A stretch of 64,000 bases of DNA, from assembly GCA_963845135.1 (NCBI GenBank), contig CAWJQW010000009.1, positions 10,657 to 74,656 on the forward strand. The letters run 5' to 3'. Of the stretch, positions 1-11,493 are shown one piece after another. Source of the stretch: an uncultured Gammaproteobacteria bacterium (GTDB taxonomy: Bacteria; Pseudomonadota; Gammaproteobacteria; Pseudomonadales; Halieaceae). Each line of letters starts with the position of its first letter. Positions within the stretch are counted from its first letter, which is position 1. A program made the translations under genes and the position numbers. The notes beneath the pieces were generated by a model. The model made no database searches and was not told the origin of the DNA. It worked only from the letters and a program-made list of their open reading frames with translations.

Positions 1-2971
1 AGCCCGGTACCGCCAAAGGGATTGACCCCGACCACCGCGCCCACCATGTTACGGTTGACGTAAGTATTGCCCGCCTTTCGTGCGCGCGAAAACGTATTGT
101 GCAAAGTTTTCAATCCTGCTGTGAACACCGAGGGTCAAGCCGAATCCCGTTTGGTTAATACTGTCAATTACCCTATCGATGTCGCCAGCCGCATACCTGA
201 TCACATGTAAAACCGGGCCAAACACTTCGCCGGATAATTGCTCCAGACTATTTATTTCAAAGATATGGGGCGCCACATAGGTTCCATTTAACTTGCCCAC
301 ATCCACGTCCAGGCACCCTAATAACGATGCCTGTTCATGCATGCGGTCAATGTGCTGCATCAGCATACGCTTTGCGTCCGCGTCGATGACAGGGCCGATG
401 TCCGTTGACAATAGCCATGGTTCACCCAGTTGCCGGCACAGCAGCGCACCGCGCAGCATTTCGATCACACGCTCAGCGACATCTTTTTGGATAAACAGTA
501 CTCGCAACGCCGAGCAACGCTGTCCCGCACTGGAAAACGCGGACTCGATCACATCTATCTACCAACTGTTCGGGCAACGCTGTGGAATCAGCGATCATGC
601 AGTTCTGGCCCCCGGTTTCTGCAACCACCGGAATGCCCTGGCCGGTGCGCTGTGCAGCCTGTCTATAGATACTATTTGCGGTGGCGGTGGAACCGGTAGA
701 ACGCGACGCCTGCAATGCGGTCGTCCTTAAGCAGTGCAGATCCAATTCTGGCGCCATCACCCGGTAACAGGTGCAGAACGGATACAGGTACACCGGCCTG
801 ATGAAAGATCTGCACGGCTTTGAACGCGATCAAGGGCGTTTGCTCGGCAGGCTTGGCCAGAACGGTATTGCCGGCAACCAGTGCGGCGGCAACCTGCCCG
901 GTAAAAATCGCCAGTGGGAAATTCCACGGACTGACACACAGAAATACTCCCCTGCCCTCCAGGGCGCTGTCTTCAGCTAATATCTGTTCGGCCTGATTGG
1001 CGTAATAACGGCAGAAGTGGATCGCTTCACGCACTTCCGACACACAATCGGCCAGCGTTCTACCTGCTTCACGGCATAACAACGCGACCAACTCCGGGAA
1101 AGCTTCCTCGTAAAGCATGGCGACGCACCGCAGCCTGTTCGCTCGCGCCCTGGCGCCCAGCGCCTGCCATGCCGGTTGCGCCGCATTCGCTGATGCAAGG
1201 GCGTGAATCACGGTTTCCCTACTCGCTTCACTAATCCAGCCTACTGTAGCGCCGGACTCGGCGGGACTGACGACCCTGACCGCGTTATCGACTATCGTCT
1301 CGCCGTCGACAATTGCGCCGGCCTGAATACACTCGGTGTCGCCTTGAATGGCCTCGAGCAGCCGAGAGGCTTGTGAGGAAAGCTCCAGGTCTATTCCGAA
1401 GCATTCTCCCGCTGATCAGGCTGCGCGGCGAACAGGCCCGGGGGCCTGGGAATACCGCGGTGCTGATAGCGAGGGACTGCAGCCACTTGCTCGACGACAT
1501 CCTCTACCAGTTCTTCTACCGGCACATCGTTGTCAAGGAAGCGGTTGACGAAAGAGCTATTTGCGCCGTTTTCCAAAAGCCTGCGAACAAGGTAGGGAAG
1601 CAAGTTTTTATGGGAGCCAACAGGCGCATACACGCGCACAGCCATGTTCTTGTGCGGCAGCATTTTTGCCAACTGCTTGTAGAGAATATGCCCCATTCCA
1701 TGGAGGCGCTGAAACTCAAATTCGGCGTCACCGGCCAGTTCCATGACCATAACCGCTGTGTAAGCATTATGGGTGGCAAACTGGGGAAATATCCGCAGCG
1801 GCTCGCGCAGCACTTTCTCAGCGCAGTGCAGGTAGCATGCATCCGTATTCGCCTTGCGGGTGAAGACCGGATAATCGGAAACACCCAATTCTTGCGCGCG
1901 CTTGATCTCGGCGTCCCAGTAGGCTCCTTTCACCAGGCGCACGGGAATGCGCCGGCCAGTGTCTTTCGCCAAGGCCACTAGCCAGTCGACTACACAAGGC
2001 GCACGCTTCTGGTAGGTCTGCAGCACAATTCCCAGGCCCTGCCAGTGCAGCAGTTCGCTGTCCCTGGCCAGGGCTTCGAAGATATCCAGCGATAGTTCCA
2101 GCCGCTCACTTTCCTCCGCGTCAACACTCAGACCCATGTTGTACTGCGCGGCAAGCAGGCAGAGCTCTTTAATACGAGGCAGCAAAACCCGCAGCACCGC
2201 CTCTTTGTGCGAGTAGTGGTAACGTGGATACAGCGCTGACAACTTGACCGAAATGCCATCGCCAGTGATCGGGTCAGCGCCAGAACGGGCAGCGCCTATC
2301 TGCTCAATCGCCAGCGCATAGGCATCGAAGTAACCGCGTGCATCGGTCTCGGTGCGCGCACCCTCACCCAGCATATCAAAAGAGAATCGCGTCGCAGTGG
2401 TATTCTGTTTCCTGCCGCGCTTGACGGCCTCTCCAATCGACCGCCCCAGCACGTACTGGCCACCCATGATACGCATCGCCTGCAGCACCGCCGCGCGCAC
2501 AATCGGCTCTCCCAGCCGGGACACCAGTTGCTTGATCGCGCTGCGTGGCCTCCGGCTGTACTCGCTGGGTAGCTCTACCAATGCGCCAGTGAGCATAAGT
2601 CCCCAGGTTGAGGCGTTCACGAACACCGAATCAGACTTGCCCTGGTGATCACCCCAGTTGCCAGAGAGTATTTTTTCAGAAATCAGCCGATCCGCGGTTC
2701 TTGTATCAGGCACTCGCAGTAGCGCTTCCGCCAGGCACATAAGCGCCACGCCCTCTTTATTGGAAAGACCAAACTCCTCCAGGAAAGAGTCCAGCGTGCC
2801 CTTGCCGTGCTTGTCTTGCCTGCAACGATTGACCAGCACCCTGGATTGCTCCAGAACTTTTGCTCGCTGCTCGGGGCCAAGCGCGGGCTCGGCAATGAGC
2901 CTGACCACACTGCTGTGTTCGTCGGCGTAAGTCGCTTCTACTATCTGTTTTCTCAACCGGGCCAAAAGCAC
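1..2971 (-). CDS. putA: Bifunctional proline dehydrogenase / L-glutamate gamma-semialdehyde dehydrogenase (3' end runs off the window; about 4 frameshifts)
   Basis: Colinear ORFs 1391-2971 (FDMLGE, RLVKGAYWD, QFATHN, YLVRRLLENGANSSF), 672-1211 (SPWNFPLAIF, KPAEQT), 473-793 (AETGGQN) and 49-552 (SAGQRCSA, EVFGPVLH). Confidence 0.95.
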
Positions 2972-3108
2972 AGGGCTGCACCTATAGTGTTAATTAATCG
3001 TGCTTATTATTGGACAATTGAGGCGATATTTAGCCCCATTATTCCGATAATAAAAGTATTTTTAGCTGTATTATGGCATCGAGAACAGATAAATATACTG
3101 AGCACGCC

Positions 3109-3582
3109 ATGAGTAAGGAAACCCACACACTTGATCGCATTGACAGGCAGATCCTGCGCATACTGCAGAAGGACGGGCGCATCTCCAATGTCGCCCTGGC
3201 GAAACAGGTAAACCTGACGGCAACACCCTGCCTTGAACGGGTCAAGAGACTGGAGCGGTCGGGCTATATCAGCGAGTACATAGCCCTATTGGACCCTCGC
3301 AAACTGAACCTGGATCTGCTGGCTTACATTCAGGTCACGTTAGTGAATACTGCCACTCGTGACCTCCAGGCATTTGCCTCGAGAATGCGCGCGCTCGCTG
3401 AAGTACAGGAGTGTCATATGGTGGCTGGAGGTTTCGACTTTATTCTCAAGATTCGCGTTGCCAACATGGAGGGATACCACCTCTTTCTCGGGGAGAAACT
3501 GGCCGCAATTCCCGAGGTAAGCCAGTCACACACCTACTTTGTGATTCAGGAATTGAAGTCAGAAACGTCCCTGCCCGTTTAG
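3109..3582 (+). CDS. Lrp/AsnC family transcriptional regulator (PutR-like), divergent from putA
   Basis: LDRIDRQILRILQKDGRISNVALAKQVNL HTH and ECHMVAGGFDF effector domain; putR-putA-type arrangement; alternative start at 3073. Confidence 0.9.
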   Translation: MSKETHTLDRIDRQILRILQKDGRISNVALAKQVNLTATPCLERVKRLERSGYISEYIALLDPRKLNLDLLAYIQVTLVNTATRDLQAFASRMRALAEVQECHMVAGGFDFILKIRVANMEGYHLFLGEKLAAIPEVSQSHTYFVIQELKSETSLPV

Positions 3583-3667
3583 CAGGCCGACTCTGCGGGT
3601 TTGGCACCCACGGGCAGGCCCCATCCCGTGCATGCCGCACACCAAAGCGCGTGTTCACCCGCAGGGA

Positions 3668-4930
3668 CTACGCCTCTTGCCTGACCGGAAACCGGTCATA
3701 GTAGAAGCCCAGTTGCTCGCGCAAGGCCGTCGGGTCAATACCAAAGTCAGCCTGCAGGTCGTACAGAATCTGGCCGTGTTTACCGCGGGGGTGATCCACC
3801 ACATAGCGCTGCATCTTCTGGCGCACGGCCGCCGTCATCGGGTGCCCGGCCAGGGCATAAATGCGCTCCACAGCCCCCACGTCATCGCCGGTTATGTCAT
3901 CGAACATGATGTCGATAGTCTGCTCGGCAGGAAGCCTGTCCCGGTCATGGGCGCACTGCACCAGCATGCGCACGATCCGGTCCGTCCAGTAAGCCCCTAT
4001 CTGCGCCGGGTCGACCGGGTCACGGCTCATACGACTGACATAGGCCTGCATGGTCACCATGGATGTAATCACCGACACGGGGTCACGGTGGGGCAAGACA
4101 AAGGTAGCGTCAGGAAATACCGTACTTAGCGGAATGAGTTGCTCCATATGCTGGGGCGACTTGAGTATCCACCGCTTGGGCCCGCGCAGCCATTGCAGTG
4201 CCTTCAACGCTCGCTTGAGAAAACGGTAGTGCGGCGTCTGATCATGAGCCAGATAGTAATCACGCCATGCTGGCACTACCGCATAGTTTTCGAACAGCAT
4301 CATGGAGAAGTCCATGCCCATCAGTTCGATCTCTTCATGAATATGCTCTGGCGACATCTCATGCATGTTCTTGAACAGCGGGATAATCTGGTCCTGCAGA
4401 GCCAGGGAGTCACGACAGCGCTGAACGCGAGGATCTTCACCACCCTCGCCCATTGCTTGTTCACTTGCCAAAGGGATCGGCTCCAGTGACTCCCAATAGG
4501 ACAGTGAGCGAAGTCGATCATCAACGGATATCAGGTTTAGCAGGTGCGTGGTGCCACTGCGCGGCAGTCCTGCGATGATGATGGGCCGTTCAATCTCAAC
4601 GTCGTCAATTTCGGGGTGGCGCTGATACAAGTCTTCCAGCCGACTGCGCTGCACAAGGTAGCGCACCAGAATATTTTTATTGGTGATACGTCCCAGGGGG
4701 CTAAGCTGCTGATCTGCATTCATGGCATTGCAGATCAACGCTAATCGTTCGACCACACCCGCGTCGCGATAGGGAACAATACTGCCCAATTGCTGCGCCG
4801 ACTCGGCGTAGATTGCGTCGACGCTAATTTCGGTCTGCGTCGAGCCTACGGCTGCGAGCACGTCCCGGGCAAAGTCGGAGTGCTTTGGCGCGGCCAGGTC
4901 AGTAATGCGAATAGCAGGTGGCGTTTTCAC
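3668..4930 (-). CDS. Sulfotransferase family protein
   Basis: 5'-PSB motif GLPRSGTT, ILKSPQH, 3'-PB HRDPVSVITS; GTG start overlaps the upstream stop (GTGA). Confidence 0.9.
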   Translation of the reverse strand: MKTPPAIRITDLAAPKHSDFARDVLAAVGSTQTEISVDAIYAESAQQLGSIVPYRDAGVVERLALICNAMNADQQLSPLGRITNKNILVRYLVQRSRLEDLYQRHPEIDDVEIERPIIIAGLPRSGTTHLLNLISVDDRLRSLSYWESLEPIPLASEQAMGEGGEDPRVQRCRDSLALQDQIIPLFKNMHEMSPEHIHEEIELMGMDFSMMLFENYAVVPAWRDYYLAHDQTPHYRFLKRALKALQWLRGPKRWILKSPQHMEQLIPLSTVFPDATFVLPHRDPVSVITSMVTMQAYVSRMSRDPVDPAQIGAYWTDRIVRMLVQCAHDRDRLPAEQTIDIMFDDITGDDVGAVERIYALAGHPMTAAVRQKMQRYVVDHPRGKHGQILYDLQADFGIDPTALREQLGFYYDRFPVRQEA

Positions 4931-6063
4931 GATGGCGGATGCTCCGCGTCTGCGCAAATATCTGCAAATGCCACCACCTCTGCCTGCGGTGTCTCTATCT
5001 CACCTTCCGGCAACATGAAACGCCAGAACACCAGCCCCAGCGGCGCGCCCTCGGTATCAATCCAGTTGTTCACGCCCGGGTCGCTGTGCGCCAGCACTAT
5101 CCTGAAACTGCCATCGGCTTCCAGTGTCGTCTGCTTCCGGTTGAGCGATATTTGCCGGGTGGCAAAATCATAGCTTTGCTGGAAGCGGTTCCACAGGCAC
5201 ACGTTGGCAAAAACACAATCAGGCCAGCGCCCGGTCAGCACCAGCGCCTGGTCCGGGCCCAGGTAATAAGGCGCCATGGAATACGCTGCGTCAAACGCTG
5301 CGAGCGCGAAGTCCCCCGGCGTCACTGGCGGCGGGAATGCGTTCGGCGTGCAGACCGACAAATGGCGGCAAGTCCGGTGCATTTGCCATGGGTGGCATGC
5401 CCAGCGTACGCGCGCGCACAAACTCTGCCACGCGACGAATACCACGGGCCACTGATGCATCCGATGGCGCAGGTGTGGGTGCGCCCGGCGTTACCGGTCT
5501 ATAAGCAGCGCGGGAACGCGGCTGGTATCGGCCGCCACGGAGAGCTCTTCCTCAAAGTAATAGCGTACGGTCACCCGTGAGGCATCCTCCAGCCCCAGCC
5601 AGTTACGCGGCTCCGGCTCACCGCCCAGTTTCAGCTCAAAGCGGCCGTCGGCAGACACGTCAAACTCGGTATTATTGAGCACGCCGGCTGTTCGCGTACC
5701 CATACCACCGTCTTCTGTGCCCACTTCTACCGTCACTGACACATATACAGCGCCGGCCATCTCACCCTGTACGCGATATTCACACTCAGGTGATACCGCG
5801 GCATCAAAGTAAATCGCATCGGCATTGTCGCCAGTAAATTTACGGCTGGGGGTGACAATACGGCGAAAGTCCGGGTGCTTTGGATCGAACTCGAAGTGGC
5901 CCACCAGGGCGCCTTCAAGCAGGTGCATGAGATTGCGGTGCGCGCCCACGATGTCCTGCGGTGATGCGAGATTCCACTCCTCCCCGGCCCAACGCGCGTC
6001 CACTTCCTCGAGTAATGCAATCAGTTCCCGCAGCGCGCTGCGTGATTCGGTCTTAATCGTCAT
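4927..6063 (-). CDS. DUF1214-domain protein (two frameshifts near 5490 and 5350)
   Basis: ORFs 5491-6063 (GDNADAIYF) and 4927-5460 (DGSFRIVLAHSDPGVNNWIDTEG...VFWRF) join via an intermediate frame. Confidence 0.8.
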
Positions 6064-6102
6064 ATCACTTTATCCTTCTTATTGATTTGCGAGCGGCACA
6101 GG

Positions 6103-6141
6103 TTGACATCCATCGCGCTGAAATTTACCGTATGCTATACG
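6103..6141 (+). promoter_or_regulatory. Putative sigma70 promoter overlapping a candidate TetR operator
   Basis: TTGACA (6103-6108), 17 bp spacer, TACCGT (6126-6131); palindrome CGTAT-gct-ATACG at 6129-6141 between the divergent genes. Confidence 0.5.
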
Positions 6142-6174
6142 CTATATCAAGCACACCACATTTTTGATGGTTCA

Positions 6175-6853
6175 ATGAATAACAATAAACAGACTGCCAA
6201 GCGGGGTCGCCCTGCGCGGCTGTCGCGCCAGCAAATTCTCGAGGCCGCGCTGAAGCTGCTGGAAAAGAGCGCTGCCGAGGTAACGCTTAACGGCGTTGCG
6301 CGCACGCTCAACGTAAGCCCAATGTCGCTGTATACCCATATAGAAAACCGTGACGACCTGTTGCTAGGGGTCTCCGAACTGGTACTGGGGAAACTGCACC
6401 TAACCCTGAATGCCGACACCTGGGACGGCAATGTTCGCCTCTGGGTTGAGCAGGTACAGCGGGCACTTTGCGCGCTACCCCCAGATAGTCAAATTGCTGG
6501 GTGAAGGACAGCAACTCTCGGTGGAATGGATACGGCTGGAGGCGCAACTGGTCGCACTGCTGGAACCGTCAGGTTTGAGTGACGCCGAGCGTGTGTATAC
6601 CGCCAACCTGCTCAGCCAGGCGCTGATATTCGATTGCATAATGGGCGCCGGCAACATACGTGACAGGCAATCGCTGCAGGTTCCCGACCTCTCACAATTG
6701 GCGATGGATGCCCGCCATGGGGCCGATCTGCTTTACCGTCATACCCCCACGGAGGGGCACAGTTTGCTTGAATTCGTGCTGACCCAGTTAGTACAGCGCG
6801 CGAAACACCTGATAAAACAACAATCATCATCGCCACAATGCACCGGAGAATAA
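6175..6853 (+). CDS. TetR/AcrR family regulator (one frameshift near 6470)
   Basis: RGRPARLSRQQILEAAL...TLNGVARTLNVSPMSLYTH HTH; C-terminal domain continues in ORF 6410-6853. Confidence 0.85.
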
Positions 6854-6855
6854 TC

Positions 6856-9093
6856 ATGTCCACACGGAAATACCCCAGCCGCCCTGCTCTCTCCTCTACC
6901 CTCATTTCTACCTGTTTGTGCCTGCCGGCAGCAGTTAGCTACGGCCAGGCGTTGGAAGAAGTCATTGTTACCGCGGAGAAACGTGAGCAATCGATACAGG
7001 ATGTGCCTATCTCCATAATCGCGCTAGGCCGGGAGGCACTGGAGATGCAGCAAATCGACGAGCTCGATGATCTGAGCGCGAATATTCCCAACCTGGTGGT
7101 GAATAACTTCAACAACGACCCGGTGGCCGTGCGCATGTTTATTCGCGGCATCGGCCAGAACGACCTGCAGCTGACGCAGGACCCATCGGTGGCGCTTTAC
7201 CTTGATGGCGTTTATATCGGTACATCCTTCGGTGCGGGTTTCGAGGGCGTAGACATTGAACGAATCGAGGTATTGCGCGGCCCCCAGGGGACGCTTTACG
7301 GTCGCAACGCGACCGGCGGAGCAATCAACCTGATCACCAAGCGCGCCAGTACAGATGCATTTGAGTTTAGCCAGACGTTCCAGGCGGGGAACCTGGGCTT
7401 GTTCAAGAGTCGCACTTTCGTCAACGTACCCCTGGGTGAAAAATTCGCCGCCAAAATCGGCTACATGCTCACCGATCGCGATGGCTATGTAGACAATAAG
7501 GGAATAGGCGAAGACTTTGGTACAGAAGAACGTGAGAGCGCCGTGCTGGACCTGCGCTACGCAGCGACCGATACACTTACCTTCGACTACCGCTACGAAA
7601 ACGCGGAGATAAACGATACCGGACGCCTGGAGCAGGCGGTGCGCGCGGGTGAAGAAGCAGACCTCGCCCCCGGCGTACCGGACCTCTCCTTCCTGGTCAC
7701 GCCCGGCACCGTTTCTACCGACCGACAGGACAAGGTAACCTCGCTCTGGGGTAACGGACCGACCGAGGTTGATATCGAAGCGCATACGCTGAACGTGGAC
7801 TGGCAGGTCGGTGATGCGATCACCCTGAAGTCCATCAGTGCCTGGCGGGACCTGGACTCGTTCAATATCACCGTGGTCGCACCGGACTGGCGCGCCAACC
7901 TCACGCCCGATGGCGGTTCTGTCAGTACCGGCAGCAGCCAGATTGACTTTGAACAGTTCTCGCAGGAACTGCAGCTGCTGGGCAGCTGGGAGAATATCGA
8001 ATTGGCCAGCGGCATCTACTACTATGAAGATGAAGGGACTCACGACTCCGCAGCCACAACATCACTGGGGCTGGCGCCACCTGAGTTCGACATCACCGAG
8101 ACCGAAAACGAAACGCTGGCGATCTATGCGCAGGCCACCTGGACACCTGATGCCATGCAGGGTCGGTGGCATTTTACTGCAGGAGCCCGCTATTCCGAGG
8201 ATGAGCGCGAAGCCTTTCGCCTCAATACGCGCTCCGAGGAGTTTGCCGCCACTGCACCAGACGGCGCCTCTTACAAGAAAGACTTCTCCAACTTCAACCC
8301 GTCCTTAACCGTGGCCTTTGACCTCTCTGATGACAGCAACCTGTACGCAAAAGTTGTCAGCGGCTACAAGTCTGGTGGTACCTCCACGCGATCGGCGAAT
8401 GCGGAGCTATTTCGCACCGGGTTCGAAGAGGAAGACGTTGTGTCCTACGAGCTGGGTTTCAAGGGCGACTTCATGGACAATCGGCTGCGCCTGAACACGG
8501 CAGTCTTCTACATGGATATCGACGGGCTGCAGACCAGCCTGCAAACAGGTGGCACGCCGGGAGAACGTGACTTCCTGCCCATCGACGGCAACACGATCAA
8601 GGGCTTTGAAGCGGAGTTCACCGCTGCACTGACTGATGCCTGGCAAGCCAGTTTCAACTATGGCTATACCGATACTGAGTTGGGCGAGAGCCAGGTGGAC
8701 ACGCCGGTGGCAACGTTTTTCCTGACCGAGGGCATGAGCTACGTACCCAAGAACAGCTTTACCATTGCGCTGGACTACCATCGTTCGCTCAACAATGGCG
8801 AACTCCATGGCCGGGTCGGTTATGCTTACAAGGACGAGGCAGAAACCTCCGTCAATGTGACCGACAACATCACCCTGGATGACTACGCCCTGGTAGATGC
8901 CAGCCTGAGCTGGGGTAACGTGCGGTTGGGCAGTCTGCCCGGCACGTTCAAAGCCGTGCTATGGGGCAAAAACCTGGCCGATGAAGAGTATGCAATCATC
9001 TCCACCGCCGCCTGGGGTTTTGTTGGGGCCAATGATGTGAGCACGTTCGGTGACCCCAGAACCTATGGACTTTCACTGTCCTATGACTACTAG
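6856..9093 (+). CDS. TonB-dependent receptor
   Basis: Signal peptide, LEEVIVTAEKRE TonB box, RIEVLRGPQGTLYGRNATGGAIN plug, C-terminal PRTYGLSLSYDY. Confidence 0.95.
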   Translation: MSTRKYPSRPALSSTLISTCLCLPAAVSYGQALEEVIVTAEKREQSIQDVPISIIALGREALEMQQIDELDDLSANIPNLVVNNFNNDPVAVRMFIRGIGQNDLQLTQDPSVALYLDGVYIGTSFGAGFEGVDIERIEVLRGPQGTLYGRNATGGAINLITKRASTDAFEFSQTFQAGNLGLFKSRTFVNVPLGEKFAAKIGYMLTDRDGYVDNKGIGEDFGTEERESAVLDLRYAATDTLTFDYRYENAEINDTGRLEQAVRAGEEADLAPGVPDLSFLVTPGTVSTDRQDKVTSLWGNGPTEVDIEAHTLNVDWQVGDAITLKSISAWRDLDSFNITVVAPDWRANLTPDGGSVSTGSSQIDFEQFSQELQLLGSWENIELASGIYYYEDEGTHDSAATTSLGLAPPEFDITETENETLAIYAQATWTPDAMQGRWHFTAGARYSEDEREAFRLNTRSEEFAATAPDGASYKKDFSNFNPSLTVAFDLSDDSNLYAKVVSGYKSGGTSTRSANAELFRTGFEEEDVVSYELGFKGDFMDNRLRLNTAVFYMDIDGLQTSLQTGGTPGERDFLPIDGNTIKGFEAEFTAALTDAWQASFNYGYTDTELGESQVDTPVATFFLTEGMSYVPKNSFTIALDYHRSLNNGELHGRVGYAYKDEAETSVNVTDNITLDDYALVDASLSWGNVRLGSLPGTFKAVLWGKNLADEEYAIISTAAWGFVGANDVSTFGDPRTYGLSLSYDY

Positions 9094-9173
9094 GGCCTGG
9101 GGATAGTATCCACACGCCCCGGCAAACACTTGTTTGCACTGTGCGGACTCTGTAGTGCCCCGCACGCGCCGCA

Positions 9174-9962
9174 CTACGCGTCGATAGAGCTCCCCAGTGC
9201 TGCATGGACCAGACCGCCGTCAACGGTAATGGTGTCTCCAACAACATAATCACCGGCCCGGCTGGCGAGGAAAATCGACGCACCGGCCAGATCCTCGGGC
9301 GTACCAATACGGCCCAGTGGAATACTCCTGGCCACGGTATCGCCGCTGTCACGCGCGGCCTTGTTCATGTCAGATGCAAACGCTCCCGGCGCGATGGAGG
9401 TCACAATAATATTGTCCTTGACCAGCCGCGCCGCGAGCCGTTTGGTGAGGTAAATCAGCCCTGACTTGGACGCGTGATAGCTATAGGTTTCCCATGGATT
9501 CAGGCGTTGTCCATCGATAGAGGTGATGTTGATCACCTTCGCCGGATGACCGCTGCGAGCACCCGCCTTCAGCAGCTCATACAAGGCCTGTGTCAGGAAG
9601 AACGGGGATTTGAGATTCAAATCCATCACCTTGTCCCAGCCCTGCTCCGGAAACTGTTCGAAGGGTTCGCCCCAGGCTGCGCCAGCATTGTTCACCAGAA
9701 TATCCAGTCGTTGCTCTTTTTCGGCGAAGGCCGCCGCCAGTGCTTTCGCACCGGCCACTGTCGACACGTCCTGGGGCAGCGCATGACATTTTGGCCCTAA
9801 TTCGCTGGCAGTAGAGTCACAGTCTGCCACCTTGCGGGAGCTGATATACACCGTGGCACCCTGGGCGATAAAAGCCTCGGCGATAGTTTTGCCCAGGTTC
9901 CTTGAACCGCCCGTGACCAGGGCAATGCGCCCCTCCAGTGAAAACAGTTTGCTGGTATCCAT
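9174..9962 (-). CDS. SDR family oxidoreductase (RhlG-like)
   Basis: TGGSRNLG, NNAG, YHASK catalytic motif. Confidence 0.92.
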   Translation of the reverse strand: MDTSKLFSLEGRIALVTGGSRNLGKTIAEAFIAQGATVYISSRKVADCDSTASELGPKCHALPQDVSTVAGAKALAAAFAEKEQRLDILVNNAGAAWGEPFEQFPEQGWDKVMDLNLKSPFFLTQALYELLKAGARSGHPAKVINITSIDGQRLNPWETYSYHASKSGLIYLTKRLAARLVKDNIIVTSIAPGAFASDMNKAARDSGDTVARSIPLGRIGTPEDLAGASIFLASRAGDYVVGDTITVDGGLVHAALGSSIDA

Positions 9963-10062
9963 TGTTCTACTCCCGCTCTGGTTAAAATTCGAATGGGCGA
10001 ACTCTGCGTTAGTCCAATGGCATTGGCCAGCAGAGTTCGCAAATGTAATAAGCCTCGGGTAC

Positions 10063-11493
10063 TCATGACCGCGCCGCGTCGTCGACGCACTGGCACCATC
10101 CCTGCAACAGCGCAGTCAGCTCGGCCCGCCGCTCGCTAACGCGCTTGCCGTTGCGTATGTCATCAAAGATGCGCGCCAGCAGGCGCTTGTCCTTGTCTTC
10201 CAGCCAGTCCAATGCCGGTTCATCCAGTTTCAAGGTATCGCGAACCGCATGTGTGCGCTGGCTGATAGCTCGGTGGTGTTGCATCGCCCGCCCCATCAGC
10301 ACAAAAGGAAAGTTCGCATTGCGCGACGGGCCATAGGACAGCCGGTTGCCACCTGTGGGCACGCCGCTGACAGTCCATTTGGCAATATCATCGGCATGGC
10401 GCAACACGCTGCGTGTCGATGCGACGGCACCGCCAATGGAGCCCGCCAGGGTAGCAAGGCCTCCGAGCAAACCGCCGGTCATGCCATCCACAACCACGCC
10501 GGCGCCACCGCCGGCTACCCCGCCTGCGGCACCGGCAGCCAACAACAATTGCTTTCGGCTCAAACCCCAAAGGTACCAGTTTTCCTGGTGAAACAGGTCG
10601 TCTTCTTCAAACGCCATACCCTGCTCTGACTTGCTCAGGTCACGGTAGTAAAACAACTCTTCCACCCGGGCCCTGGCGCCGCGCTCACGCTTGATCAGTT
10701 GTCGCTGGTAGCGAGTAAACAGAAGCTTGCGAATCGGTTCCTCGGGGGCTCCTTCGGGAACGGCCTGCTCTACGGTGACCGTCAAACCCGCGTAAATCAG
10801 GCTGGCAATGGTCTCACCCGCTTCCTGGTGTTGACGTACGCGATCGGCTTCCAGCACATCGACCGCACGCTGCAGGGGCTGGCGCCATTCGGGATCGAGA
10901 TGGCCAAACAAGGTCAGCAGGTCCAGTTGCTTGCGGTGCTCGGCACGGTGGGCGTCGAAACTACGCACGGTCTGGAAGTACTGGCCGAGACCGGCGGTCC
11001 ATTGAGCAACGTAGTCGCTATTGGCGATAGGGTTGATCAGGGCGAGACTGGGGCGGCCCGTCCAGCGCAAAATTTCCATCTCCGCCTCATAGTCGCCGCC
11101 AAAGGGCACCGACCCATCTACCACGTATATGATTCCTGCCCCGGCAACGATGGGTTCCAGCGCGTGACATTCATCTGCAAATCGCTCCTGACCCGCATGC
11201 TCCAGAAGAAACTGGCGCACCGCATCTGGACGCGCTGCCGCGTCCGCACAGTGGCTGCGCAACCAGTCCAGTACCTGTCGGGAACGCTGAATACCCGGAG
11301 TGTCGATCAATTCATACAGCGTTTCGCCGTCAACCGTCATGGGAAAGTGCCGCGTACTCCTGGTTGAACCGGCCCGCTCAGCAATATGCACGGTGTCATC
11401 GCGAGCCAGCGTGGCGACGATGGATGACTTGCCCTTATTGGGCCTGCCGACAACGGCGAAGTGCGGCGTGTCGACTTCCCGCGGTGAACTCAT
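10063..11493 (-). CDS. GTPase / DUF3482 domain protein
   Basis: G1 GRPNKGKS, G3 DTPG, C-terminal glycine-rich hydrophobic hairpin. Confidence 0.8.
   Translation of the reverse strand: MSSPREVDTPHFAVVGRPNKGKSSIVATLARDDTVHIAERAGSTRSTRHFPMTVDGETLYELIDTPGIQRSRQVLDWLRSHCADAAARPDAVRQFLLEHAGQERFADECHALEPIVAGAGIIYVVDGSVPFGGDYEAEMEILRWTGRPSLALINPIANSDYVAQWTAGLGQYFQTVRSFDAHRAEHRKQLDLLTLFGHLDPEWRQPLQRAVDVLEADRVRQHQEAGETIASLIYAGLTVTVEQAVPEGAPEEPIRKLLFTRYQRQLIKRERGARARVEELFYYRDLSKSEQGMAFEEDDLFHQENWYLWGLSRKQLLLAAGAAGGVAGGGAGVVVDGMTGGLLGGLATLAGSIGGAVASTRSVLRHADDIAKWTVSGVPTGGNRLSYGPSRNANFPFVLMGRAMQHHRAISQRTHAVRDTLKLDEPALDWLEDKDKRLLARIFDDIRNGKRVSERRAELTALLQGWCQCVDDAARS

Noticed and set aside
3590-3665. Nested inverted repeats between converging genes (also 9100-9180) as an ncRNA
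   Set aside because: Stems are short and GC-rich and match no family I recognise; more simply terminator-like or chance structure
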